This document shows, piece after piece, positions 40,450 to 49,805 of a stretch of 64,000 nucleotides of DNA. The translations under genes and the position numbers were made by a program. Below the pieces are notes generated by a model. That model ran no database searches. It was not told the origin of the DNA and saw only the letters and a list, made by a program, of their open reading frames with translations. Numbering within the stretch: position 1 is the first letter of the stretch; the number at the start of each line of letters is the position of its first letter. Source of the DNA: an uncultured delta proteobacterium (GTDB taxonomy: Bacteria; Myxococcota_A; Polyangia; Polyangiales; Polyangiaceae); contig CAWKKR010000002.1 of assembly GCA_963850305.1 (NCBI GenBank), positions 32,001-96,000 of the forward strand, in the 5' to 3' direction.

Positions 40450-42051
40450 ATGCACCGGCGGGATTTCTTCAAGGCAACCGGCGCCGCGGCAGTTTCGTTG
40501 CTGGGCAACGTCGGTGCCGTCACCGCTCGCGGCGGCACCGCGACACTCGGTGGAACCGAACGCGCTTTCGACTATGCCTGGCTGAAGGGCGAGGCGAGGG
40601 GGCTCGCGAGTCGCGCCTACCGGCCGCCCGCCAACACCGTTCCTACGGTGCTGCGCGATCTCGATTGGGACCAGTATCAGAGCATCACGTTTCGGGGAGA
40701 GCGCGCCCTCTGGGCGCTCGAAGGGGTCGGCTTCGAGGTGAAGTTTTTTCACCTCGGGCTCTTTTACCAGACGCCGGTGCACATGTACGAAGTCACGAAC
40801 GGGCGGGCCAAGGAGATCGCGTACGACCCCGCCATGTTCGACTACGGCAAGAGTGGACTCGCCGGGGCCCGGTTTCCGCCGAACCTGGGCTTCGCGGGTT
40901 TTCGGGTGAACACCGCGAGAGACCTCGTTCGCGACGTCGTCGCGTTTCTCGGTGCCGCTTACTTCCGAGCCGTGGGGGGCGAACTTCAGTACGGACTCTC
41001 CGCGCGCGGGCTCGCCATCGATTCCGGGATGAGCCGTCCGGAAGAATTCCCAGTTTTCATCTCGTTCTGGTTCGAGCGTCCGAGAAGAGGCTCGACGACC
41101 CTGACCGTGTACGCGCTGATGGACTCCGAGAGCGTCGCAGGCGCCTATCGGTTCATCATGAAACCCGGGCGGGTGTTCGTGATGGACATCGACGCGGCGC
41201 TCTATCCGCGGCGCGAGATGGAACGGATGGGCGTCGCCCCGCTGACGAGCATGTACCAGTATGGCGAAAATGATCACCGGATGGACGACGATTGGCGTCC
41301 CGAGATCCACGACTCCGACGGACTCTCGATGTGGACGGGAGCAGGCGAATGGATCTGGCGACCGCTCTCGAACCCCGAGACCATGCGATTCAGCGCATTC
41401 CAGGACGAGAACCCGCGGGGGTTTGGGCTTCTTCAGCGGGATCGCAATTTCGATCACTACCAGGACGATGGGATCTTCTACGACCGTCGTCCGAGCCTCT
41501 GGGTGGAGCCGAAGAGGGGTTGGGGGAAGGGCTCGGTGGAACTGATCGAGCTCCCGGCAGCCGACGAGACCTCCGACAACATCGTCGCGTTCTGGAACCC
41601 GGTCGAGAAGCCGCGCGCCGGAGAAGAACTGCTCTTTGCCTATCGGCTGAGCTGGGGCTCGAAAATGCCAGCGGGGCCTTCGCTGGCGGAGGTCGTCGCC
41701 ACACGCACGGGGATCGGCGGGATCGTGGGACAGAAGCGAACCCATTACTCGCGCCGGTTCGTGGTGGATTTCGCGGGCGGAGGGCTCGCGCACCTCGCCG
41801 GCCATGCGCGGGTTGAACCCGTCATCTCCACGTCGCGGGGCCGCATCGAATTGCCGTCGGCGCGGCCTCTGACGTCCGTTCGCGGGTACCGAGCCATGTT
41901 CGACGTCCGCCTCCTCGACGACGACGCGGCCCCCATCGATTTGCGATTATTTCTGCGCGCTGGCGATCGAGCGCTCACCGAGACCTGGCTGTACCAGTGG
42001 ACGCCCCCCCCGCCGTCGTTACGAGGAGCAACGCGCATGTGCGAGCGGTAG
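40450..42051 (+). CDS. opgD: Periplasmic glucan biosynthesis protein D, Tat-exported
   Basis: RRDFFK Tat motif; FLGAAYFRA, YGLSARGLAID, EEFP, DWRPEIHDSDGL, DNIVAFW, ETWLYQW. Confidence 0.9.
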   Translation: MHRRDFFKATGAAAVSLLGNVGAVTARGGTATLGGTERAFDYAWLKGEARGLASRAYRPPANTVPTVLRDLDWDQYQSITFRGERALWALEGVGFEVKFFHLGLFYQTPVHMYEVTNGRAKEIAYDPAMFDYGKSGLAGARFPPNLGFAGFRVNTARDLVRDVVAFLGAAYFRAVGGELQYGLSARGLAIDSGMSRPEEFPVFISFWFERPRRGSTTLTVYALMDSESVAGAYRFIMKPGRVFVMDIDAALYPRREMERMGVAPLTSMYQYGENDHRMDDDWRPEIHDSDGLSMWTGAGEWIWRPLSNPETMRFSAFQDENPRGFGLLQRDRNFDHYQDDGIFYDRRPSLWVEPKRGWGKGSVELIELPAADETSDNIVAFWNPVEKPRAGEELLFAYRLSWGSKMPAGPSLAEVVATRTGIGGIVGQKRTHYSRRFVVDFAGGGLAHLAGHARVEPVISTSRGRIELPSARPLTSVRGYRAMFDVRLLDDDAAPIDLRLFLRAGDRALTETWLYQWTPPPPSLRGATRMCER

Positions 42052-42061
42052 CGCCGTCCGC

Positions 42062-43012
42062 TTAACCGCGCCGAAGCGAGCGCTCGCGGCGGCGGAAAAA
42101 GAGGCCCGCAGCGAGGAGGGCGTACGCTCGCACGTCGTGGTCCGCTGCGACGCGAGATACGTTGCAGCCCCTGGACGGGCTCTTGAGAGGCACGGGCTCC
42201 GTCGAGGGGTTCACGCCGCCGCAGTATCGGGAGAAGCCATACAGCGGCTCGGGCTCCGGACAGGTCGGCGTTCCATCGCTCGCCGGGTAGATCGAGCAGA
42301 TGCCCTGTTCGTCATCCGGCGCGAGTGTCGCGATGTCGGCGCTCGGCGTGTAGTTCGCATACATGGTCGCGTCCGCGACGCGGGTGTGGGCGAGGCCGAG
42401 GAAATGCCCGGACTCATGCGTCACGATCGACAGCAGATCCGCGCTTCCGGCTGCGCCCGTCGTCGAGATCGGTTGCTCCGCCGAGTTCAACTCCACGTCT
42501 GCGTCGAGGATTTCCCCGTTGTCGAGATCCACCGTTAGCGTCGTGAGCGCGATGGTGTTCGAAGTGCCCGCGTAAGGCCAATTGGAGTCCCGGAACATCC
42601 AGACGTTCGCGTTCGCCGTGACGACGCCATTCTTCGGCTGGTTGAACTCTTGCTGGTCACAGATCGCGTCGCCGTAGAGCGCGTCGGTATCTTCGATGCC
42701 GAACGACGGATGCCCGCCGCCCGAGCACGTCGCCGCCCCCCAGGTCTGGAATGCCTGCGCGATAGCGGCGTGAAACGTCTCGTGGGAGATGCCGAGTTTC
42801 GGCGAACCGTCCTCCTGGACACCAAACCAGGTGCAGCGGTTCGGCCAGAACAACGGATATCCCGTCTCTGCACAACCCGTGACGGGATCGTAGCTGCAGT
42901 TGGCATCCGGGTTCGCGGCGTTACAGGTCGTCGTGCGGCAGAAGGCATGCGCGTTCGGGCAAAGGAACAGGCACGAACCGAGGGTGAGCAAGGTAGCGAC
43001 TGCACTTCGCAT
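42062..43012 (-). CDS. Matrixin-like (M10) metalloprotease with MYXO-CTERM-like tail
   Basis: AHA-FCRTTTC, HESGHFLGLAH, ATM Met-turn, GC..hydrophobic..RRR C-terminus. Confidence 0.88.
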   Translation of the reverse strand: MRSAVATLLTLGSCLFLCPNAHAFCRTTTCNAANPDANCSYDPVTGCAETGYPLFWPNRCTWFGVQEDGSPKLGISHETFHAAIAQAFQTWGAATCSGGGHPSFGIEDTDALYGDAICDQQEFNQPKNGVVTANANVWMFRDSNWPYAGTSNTIALTTLTVDLDNGEILDADVELNSAEQPISTTGAAGSADLLSIVTHESGHFLGLAHTRVADATMYANYTPSADIATLAPDDEQGICSIYPASDGTPTCPEPEPLYGFSRYCGGVNPSTEPVPLKSPSRGCNVSRVAADHDVRAYALLAAGLFFRRRERSLRRG

Positions 43013-43044
43013 ACGCGCCCAGCAGGCTACCGCAGGGTCTGCGA

Positions 43045-43455
43045 TCAGGCGGCGTTTTCTTTCTTCTGAGCCAGCGAGGCGCGAACGGTCGCTCCCACGG
43101 CCCCGAGCGCCGTTGCATAGAGGAAGGCTCCGGCCACGATGGCAACGACCGTCTGCGGGGACGGAAACCAGGTGGGGAGCTCGCTCCGTCCAACGAAAAC
43201 GACCGCGAGGTGCGCGGCGGTGGCGATCAGCCCGGAAGCACCCGTGCCGATGCAGACGGCGATGATGGCGGAAGCCCGAGGGCTCGCTTTCACGCGATTC
43301 GCGGCCACGAACCCGCCGATGAAAGGCCCGAGCGGCCCAGTCACCAGGTGGACGATCGGCGGCGCGATGCACCCCACGGCGATGGCTGCACCGACCACGC
43401 CGGCGAGCATTTCCTCGCCAAGGGTCGATGCACGATCTTCAGGCGGTTCTTCCAT
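43045..43455 (-). CDS. Small membrane protein
   Basis: GGAG RBS, about 4 TM segments, GPLGPFIGGF. Confidence 0.7.
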   Translation of the reverse strand: MEEPPEDRASTLGEEMLAGVVGAAIAVGCIAPPIVHLVTGPLGPFIGGFVAANRVKASPRASAIIAVCIGTGASGLIATAAHLAVVFVGRSELPTWFPSPQTVVAIVAGAFLYATALGAVGATVRASLAQKKENAA

Positions 43456-43718
43456 TTCGGGTCTCCTGGTTTCTGCGAAGCGACGCCCCGAAAGCGCAAC
43501 GGAAACAGGCGTCGTAAGCCATGGTTCCTACCAGCATTTCGCACCCGTCGCGCGTGCTCGCTTCACGCATCGCCAGGTTGGCAGCGAGAAGCCTATCGAG
43601 CAAGCCAACGACCGCGCGGTGGCGTCCGTGATGAGTCAACGCGGTTACGCCCCGCAAAGCTCGCACCGGTGAGGGCGTGCCGCGCGCTCGTTCGCCCCCA
43701 TCGGCTACTCTGCGCGGA

Positions 43719-43773
43719 TTGACACTGGTTTCGCCGAACGCTAATGCGGAATTGCCCATCGGAATACTGGGCA
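43719..43773 (+). promoter_or_regulatory. Promoter -35 and palindromic operator upstream of the Rrf2 gene
   Basis: TTGACA at 43719; TGCCCA-N9-TGGGCA at 43753-43773. Confidence 0.5.
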
Positions 43774-43884
43774 GATGCCCACGGCGGAACCTGACGCTGG
43801 TCCAAGCACTTGGAGTCTGCAGCGCCGAACGTCGAGCGCCGTGCGTGTCGTGAGCCCCGACGGGAGACCGAGCGAACACGAGTC

Positions 43885-44346
43885 ATGATCACGATGAAGA
43901 CCAAGTACGCCCTCAAGGCGCTCGCGAACCTGGCAAGGGCGGTGCCGGGTGAGCCCGTCCTGATCTCCGACATTTCCGTCACGGAGGACATCCCGCGGAA
44001 GTTCCTGGAACTGATCCTGGCGGAGCTCAAACAGCACGGCTTCGTGCGCAGCCGAAAGGGTCGGGGAGGCGGCTACTTTCTGGCGACGGAGCCCACGAAA
44101 ATCCCGATCGCGGCCATCATTCGAGTCATCGATGGCCCGCTGGCGCCGGTACCGTGCTTGAGTCGCACCGCGTACCGGCGTTGCGAGGGGTGCCGCGACG
44201 AGGCGACCTGCGGCGTTCGGCTCGTCCTTCAGGACATGTACGAAGCGTCGGTAAAAATCCTCGAGAGCACCACCCTCGCCGACCTGGTGCAGCGGGCTGC
44301 GCTGGCGTCCCGGGATGGCCCCCCCGTTCTTCGGTACTTCATCTGA
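43885..44346 (+). CDS. Rrf2-family transcriptional regulator with Cys-rich C-terminus
   Basis: KYALKAL, IPRKFLELIL, SRKGRGGGY, PVPC..RRCEGC..TC. Confidence 0.93.
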   Translation: MITMKTKYALKALANLARAVPGEPVLISDISVTEDIPRKFLELILAELKQHGFVRSRKGRGGGYFLATEPTKIPIAAIIRVIDGPLAPVPCLSRTAYRRCEGCRDEATCGVRLVLQDMYEASVKILESTTLADLVQRAALASRDGPPVLRYFI

Positions 44347-44370
44347 ACGCCAAACCGCCCCGGTGAATCG

Positions 44371-45615
44371 ATGAATGAGGCTTCCTCGGAGGTTGGAGCA
44401 CCAGCGACGTCGCGTCGCGCGTTCCTGACCGTGCTGGTTGCGGCACTCGGATACTTCGTCGACATTTACGATCTGATCCTGTTCTTGATCCTGCGGGTCA
44501 AGAGCTTGAGGGCGCTCGGGGTCCCCGCGAACGAACTGCTCGATCAAGGGCTCTTGCTCATCAACGTTCAGATGGTCGGTATGTTCGTCGGAGGGATCCT
44601 GTGGGGTGTCCTTGGCGATCGACGAGGCCGGGTATCGGTCCTGTTCGGATCGATCCTCCTCTACTCGATCGCGAATATCGCGAATGGTTTCGTCACGAAT
44701 GTCCCTGAATATGCGGTCTTTCGGCTCCTGGCGGGGGTCGGACTCGCGGGGGAGCTCGGCGCTGGAATCACGTTGGTCAGCGAGATCATGAGTCGGGAAG
44801 GCCGCGGTTGGGGGACGACGATCGTCGCGGGCGTGGGCCTTTGCGGGGCCATCGTCGCTGCTCTCGTCGGAGGAGCGTTTCGCTGGCAAGTTGCGTACTT
44901 CGTGGGTGGTGGCCTCGGACTCGGGCTCCTCGTCCTTCGAGTAGGTCTGTACGAGTCCGGGATGTTCGAGAGAGCGCGCGAGAACGGGGTCGAGCGTGGC
45001 AACTTCTTTCGGCTGTTCACGGATGCGACCCGTGTGCGCCGGTACGTGAGCGTGATCCTCGTAGGGCTGCCGATCTGGTTCGCGATTGGCATTCTCGTGG
45101 GGTTCTCCCCGGAGCTATCGAAGGCGATGGGGCTGACCCATGTTCCCGATCCAGGTCGAGCGGTCATGGTCTTCTATATCGGAGCGTCCATCGGCGACTT
45201 CGGCAGCGGCCTTCTGAGCCAGCTCCTGCGGAGCCGCAAGAAGGTTCTTGGGCTATTCATCTGTCTCACTGCGGCGGCGATCATCGCTTATTTCACGATC
45301 GGCAGGACGTCACAGTTCGACATGTACGCGTGCTGTGCGGCGCTGGGGGCCGCCACGGGTTACTGGACGATCTTCGTCACGGTGTCGGCAGAACAGTTCG
45401 GGACGAACCTCCGCGCAACCGCCACGACGACGGCACCCAACTTCGTCAGAGGCTCCGTGGTGCCGATGACGTCCGCGTTCCACGCATTGAAAGCGTCGGT
45501 CGGCGTCGTTGTCAGCGCGATGACCGTGGGTGGGGTCTCGCTCTTGATCGCCGCCCTCGCGCTGTCTTCGCTCGAGGAAACCTTCGGTAAGGATCTCGAC
45601 TTCGTCGAGAAGTAG
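44371..45615 (+). CDS. MFS transporter
   Basis: GYFVDIYDL, GDRRGR, GELGAGITLVSE, EQFGTNLRAT. Confidence 0.9.
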   Translation: MNEASSEVGAPATSRRAFLTVLVAALGYFVDIYDLILFLILRVKSLRALGVPANELLDQGLLLINVQMVGMFVGGILWGVLGDRRGRVSVLFGSILLYSIANIANGFVTNVPEYAVFRLLAGVGLAGELGAGITLVSEIMSREGRGWGTTIVAGVGLCGAIVAALVGGAFRWQVAYFVGGGLGLGLLVLRVGLYESGMFERARENGVERGNFFRLFTDATRVRRYVSVILVGLPIWFAIGILVGFSPELSKAMGLTHVPDPGRAVMVFYIGASIGDFGSGLLSQLLRSRKKVLGLFICLTAAAIIAYFTIGRTSQFDMYACCAALGAATGYWTIFVTVSAEQFGTNLRATATTTAPNFVRGSVVPMTSAFHALKASVGVVVSAMTVGGVSLLIAALALSSLEETFGKDLDFVEK

Positions 45616-45715
45616 AGAGCGGGCACTGCCCAGCGCGGCAGACACCGTCCACGGTTCTGGACACTCGATGATGCCTCTCGATCGGGAAGGGCAGCGGAGC
45701 GGCGCCGAATCGTGT

Positions 45716-45730
45716 TGGTACGAAAGGTGC
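45716..45730 (+). promoter_or_regulatory. Candidate sigma54 promoter upstream of the LuxR cluster
   Basis: TGGTAC-GAAAG-GTGC, GG-N10-GC. Confidence 0.45.
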
Positions 45731-45905
45731 GAAGGGGCGCCGCATGCTCACGATCTGGCAGCGAACGCACCCCATGGATCCGCCGATGCGCACCCGGTAC
45801 GCCCCGGATCTCATACCAGGTAATTCCCGACCCTCCGGGGGCGCAGAGGTTTCGAATCCATCCGGAAGTGTGGCCCACGGGTCACTGTCCGTGAAGCTCG
45901 GTAAC

Positions 45906-46481
45906 ATGGCGACCTTCGAGGCACTCCTTCGAGGCAACCTCACGATCACGGACATCGCACGTCACGGGTGCGTTTGTACGGTGTCTCTGAGCCCCGGCAG
46001 ACGTCCCGCATTGACGCCTCGCGAACGCACCGTGATCGAGTGGCTCGTTCGGGGGTCCAGCCAGAAGCTCATCGCTTACGAGCTCCGTCTGGCGACGACG
46101 ACGGTGAGCGCGCACATCCGAAGCGGTCTGACGAAGCTGGGTCTGACACGCTGGGAGCAGGCCGTTCTCGCCGGAGCGATCCTCGCGCGGGCCAAAATGA
46201 CAGCCGATGACCGCCCGACATGCGGTCACGTCGATGGCCGAGCGAGCCTCTATTTCGAAGCCGAGCTGTGCAACGTCGCGCTCGCGCTCTTGACACCTTC
46301 GGAGCGGGAGGTCGCCCTGCGGGTGGTCGATGGCGGGACGAATCGCGAGATCGGGAGCGCCCGCTGCGTTACCCAGCGCACCGTGGCCAATCAGATCGCG
46401 GCGGCTTATCGCAAGCTCCACGCACACGGGCGTCTCGATCTGATCCGACGGCTCACCGCACCGGCGGCGGTAGGGGAATGA
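45906..46481 (+). CDS. Regulator with two LuxR-type HTH domains (start may be 45744)
   Basis: LTPRERTV..G.SQK.IA.EL..TV..H and LTPSEREVA..G.TNREI..R..TVANQ. Confidence 0.8.
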   Translation: MATFEALLRGNLTITDIARHGCVCTVSLSPGRRPALTPRERTVIEWLVRGSSQKLIAYELRLATTTVSAHIRSGLTKLGLTRWEQAVLAGAILARAKMTADDRPTCGHVDGRASLYFEAELCNVALALLTPSEREVALRVVDGGTNREIGSARCVTQRTVANQIAAAYRKLHAHGRLDLIRRLTAPAAVGE

Positions 46482-47017
46482 CTATGGACCCCGCCGACGC
46501 GGGTGTGATGTATGGGCCGTCCACGGGTTCGGGAGAGGTAAGCAGGACAGTGGTCGGGAACCGAGAGCTAGCGGTGCGTGAGGTCGACGAGCCCTTGTCG
46601 GGTCGTCGCAGACACGCGGCGTCCCCCAGCGACGCTGCGCTTCGGCGCGCCGCCAGGGAGCGTCTGCCGGAAAATCCGCTACCCATCCTGGACTCCGCCA
46701 CGGCAGAGTCTTTCCGACTCGGATTGGTCCAGGGGCGCTGGCGGCTACTAGATCACTTCGATGCCGACGGAAGGCGGTATTTTCTCTGGCGAAGGATCGA
46801 GGCCGCGCGAGAGCAGCGCCTTGGCCTCACGGCACGCGAGCGCGAAGTGCTGGGAAAGGTTGCCTCGGGCCAGGGGGACCGCGCGACGGCGATGGAAATG
46901 GGGTGCTCACCATCGACAGTCGCGACCCATCGTCTCCGAGCAATGTCGAAACTCGGGATCCACACGCGGACGCTGCTTGCTCAAGTTTTGGCAGGAATTG
47001 GAACCTTCGGGGAATGA
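46478..47017 (+). CDS. LuxR-type HTH regulator
   Basis: ATGA overlap; GRWRLLDHFDADGRRY then LTAREREVL..G..SPSTVATH..KLG. Confidence 0.78.
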   Translation: MTMDPADAGVMYGPSTGSGEVSRTVVGNRELAVREVDEPLSGRRRHAASPSDAALRRAARERLPENPLPILDSATAESFRLGLVQGRWRLLDHFDADGRRYFLWRRIEAAREQRLGLTAREREVLGKVASGQGDRATAMEMGCSPSTVATHRLRAMSKLGIHTRTLLAQVLAGIGTFGE

Positions 47018-47337
47018 CCCTGAAAAAGAAAGTACGCCGATTAGCCGAACGGAGGCTTGTGGTGAGAGGTGGTGTCGTCGACACCGGGGATGCCGAGATA
47101 TTCGTTCTAGCCATTCCGTCCTTGACGGATTGTCTGCCGGACGAGCTGACATCGGCTGAACGTGAGGTCGCGTCGCTGCTTCTCGACGGAAAATCGAATC
47201 GCGACATTGCGCGGGCGCGGGGCACGTCGGTGCGAACGATTGCGAACCAGATAAGCGCGATTTTCCGGAAGGTCGATGTACACGACCGGGCGGAGCTCGG
47301 ACACTCACTGCTCGAAGCCCCGAGACGGAAACGCTAG
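47014..47337 (+). CDS. Small LuxR-type HTH regulator
   Basis: ATGA overlap; LTSAEREVA..GKSNRDIARARGTSVRTIANQ. Confidence 0.8.
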   Translation: MTLKKKVRRLAERRLVVRGGVVDTGDAEIFVLAIPSLTDCLPDELTSAEREVASLLLDGKSNRDIARARGTSVRTIANQISAIFRKVDVHDRAELGHSLLEAPRRKR

Positions 47338-48165
47338 AGTCGAGTTCTTTGCGCCGTCACACGGGTCGTCATTGGTCGCGCGCTCCAAAGGTCCACTATG
47401 ATGCGCGTCCAAAGATGGACGACGAGGCATTCCGGAGATTGGGCCGGGAACGCGATCTCTATCGGGGTCTGCTGAGTCTGCACGCGACGGTCGAGATCAA
47501 GGGGTTCCTGGAGCAGTCTCTTCGACTCATCGTGGACGCGATCCAGGCTGAACAGGGTTACCTGGAACTTTTCGAGAGATCCGATTCGCCCGACGAGTGC
47601 GCCTGGTGGACTGCAGCCGGCTGCTCCGATGAGGAAGTGAAGGAGATCCGCGCGGTCGTTTCGCGCGGGATAATCGCCGAGGCGCTGGAGACGGGCGAAG
47701 TGCTCATCACACCATCCGCAATCCTCGATCCACGGTTTCGTGATCGAGGCAGCGTACGACGTTCGAACATCAATGCGGTTCTTTGCGCCCCCGTGGGGCG
47801 AGGTCCGGCCGTCGGTGTCCTCTATCTGCAGCGGCGGAGCCTCACGCGCATGTTTTCGGAGGCGGACAAGGGGTGTGCCGAGATTTTCGCTCAGCACCTC
47901 GCCCCACTCGCCCACGCGCTTTCCGAGCGACGCCGGTCGGACGACGCGCGGGATCCAACCCTGCCTTTTCGCCAGCGAATGAAACTCGATCAGGTGGTCG
48001 GTTCATCGCCGGCCCTGGCCGGACTCCTCCGAGAGATCGAACTCGTCGCCCCGCTGGACGTGTCCATCCTGCTGGCGGGAGAAACGGGCTCGGGAAAAAC
48101 GCAGATCGCGCGTGTGATCCACGCCAACAGTCGTCGCTCCGACGGCCCCTTCGTTGAAATCAACT

Positions 48166-49805
48166 GGGTGCAGATCCCATTTTGCGTCACGCGGCCTCGC
48201 GTGATTGCTGAGGTTTCGCGTCGTGCGTTCGTGCAGGGATTGGCGTCGCTGCAAGCTTGAGCGTGCGGCGTTCCAGGAGGCGACAGAAGTCACCCCACTG
48301 CTCGTTGAGGACGATGCAGCGGAGGTGGAGGATCATCTCGGCGCGGTCGCGTCCCCATCGCATGCCGGGTCCATCGAGGCGGAGGCCGACGAGGTTGCGC
48401 ACGGCGCCCTCGACCGCACCGGTGCCGATGTCGAGGTCGTCGCGACGCAGCGCCGCGTACGGCATCCGTTGCTCGTGCGCCGTGAGGTACTCGAGGATGG
48501 CGAGCAGTCGCTTGCGACGGCCCTTGTTCCCGGGGCCGGTCTTCGAGATCGCGTTGTGCGCCGTGGCCATGTCTTCGAGCACGTCGGCGACCTTGCCACG
48601 TCGCAGCTTGCCCAGTTGCTCGGTGACCCACTGCCGAAGTGGCGCGCTGCCCTCCGGATGGAGACAACCTCCAGCCTCCCAGAGCTTTTCGGCGACGTGG
48701 TACCAGTCGATGCACGCCACAGCCTTCGGGAAATAGATCTGCTGGTTTCTCCAGATGTGATCGGAGCCGTCGGCGAGAAAGAAGCAGCGCTTGCGACCGT
48801 AACCGCGACGCTCGGCGTGTACGGCGAGCCAGCGAAAGAGCGCCTCGTGGCTTTCGAAGGTCGCGATGAGGCGCTTGTTGATGGGTCCCTCCCATCCGTG
48901 GCGCGTCGCCCGGAGAGTGTAGATCACGCCGACGAAAGCAACTTTGGCGTTCTTGCTCTTGTCACCCTTCTTGCGGCGCGGCCTCGGATGTTCGCGTCGA
49001 CGCAGACGGCGACCGTGTCGTTTCGTTCCCTTCGTCTTCCGTCGCCGCTGACAGCGTCGCGCGTGCTCCGTCGCGGAGATCATCGGTGCGCCGCGACCGT
49101 CGACCTGGATCACGAGGACTTCTCCGTCGTCATCGGGCGCAGCGTCCGCGTCGAGAAAGCCGCGAGCTTCGGCGCCGACAGCGTCGACCATGCGCAGCGT
49201 CGAACGCGAGCTCGGTGCCCACTCGTGAAACTCAGCGAACAGGCGACGCGCCGTCCCGAACGCCATCAGCGCGCAGAGCTGTACGACCGCCGTCACCGTC
49301 CCGAGGCTGAAGCCAGAGCACACGCCGAGCTCGCGATCGATGGGAAGGTCAGTACGACGACGACCGCCGATCGGGCGCCCGACGGCTCGTACGAACGCGA
49401 CCTTGCCGAACCGCGTGCCGATCTCGCTCCGACGCCGCGTGTCCGTGTCGAGCGCGAATCGCCCGCCGTCGTGCTCGTAGGTCAAGGGTCGCGGACGGGC
49501 AGCGTATCGCACGAGAAACAGGGCCATAACCGCACGCCCGAGGTGAAGCAGCGCCGTCCAAAGCTCTCGCTCGACCGCAGCAAGTGTCGTCGTGTCCTTC
49601 GATTCCGCGCATCTACGAACGCGCTCGATCGCGCTCTGGACATCTCGTCCGGCGCGCTCGATAGTCGTCGCCATGGGGCTCCTTCCGGTTGGTGTTCTTG
49701 TTTCGCAACCGGATATCTGCCGCGAATGAGCCCCTTCTTTCAACCTACGCGTCGTAACCGATCGATCTCGCTTTGTTTTTCGTCAGCAGATCGGGAACTG
49801 CACCC
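48166..49805 (-). mobile_element. Complete 1640-bp insertion sequence, probably ISKra4 family
   Basis: Imperfect terminal IRs GGGTGCAGATCCCATTTTGC / GGGTGCAGTTCCCGATCTGC (16/20); 9-bp TSD AAATCAACT at 48157-48165 and 49806-49814. Confidence 0.93.
48187..49674 (-). CDS. DDE transposase (ISKra4-like)
   Basis: QVDG, LADGSDHIW, DWYH..EKLW, IGTGAVEGA..R..G.RW. Confidence 0.88.
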   Translation of the reverse strand: MATTIERAGRDVQSAIERVRRCAESKDTTTLAAVERELWTALLHLGRAVMALFLVRYAARPRPLTYEHDGGRFALDTDTRRRSEIGTRFGKVAFVRAVGRPIGGRRRTDLPIDRELGVCSGFSLGTVTAVVQLCALMAFGTARRLFAEFHEWAPSSRSTLRMVDAVGAEARGFLDADAAPDDDGEVLVIQVDGRGAPMISATEHARRCQRRRKTKGTKRHGRRLRRREHPRPRRKKGDKSKNAKVAFVGVIYTLRATRHGWEGPINKRLIATFESHEALFRWLAVHAERRGYGRKRCFFLADGSDHIWRNQQIYFPKAVACIDWYHVAEKLWEAGGCLHPEGSAPLRQWVTEQLGKLRRGKVADVLEDMATAHNAISKTGPGNKGRRKRLLAILEYLTAHEQRMPYAALRRDDLDIGTGAVEGAVRNLVGLRLDGPGMRWGRDRAEMILHLRCIVLNEQWGDFCRLLERRTLKLAATPIPARTHDAKPQQSREAA

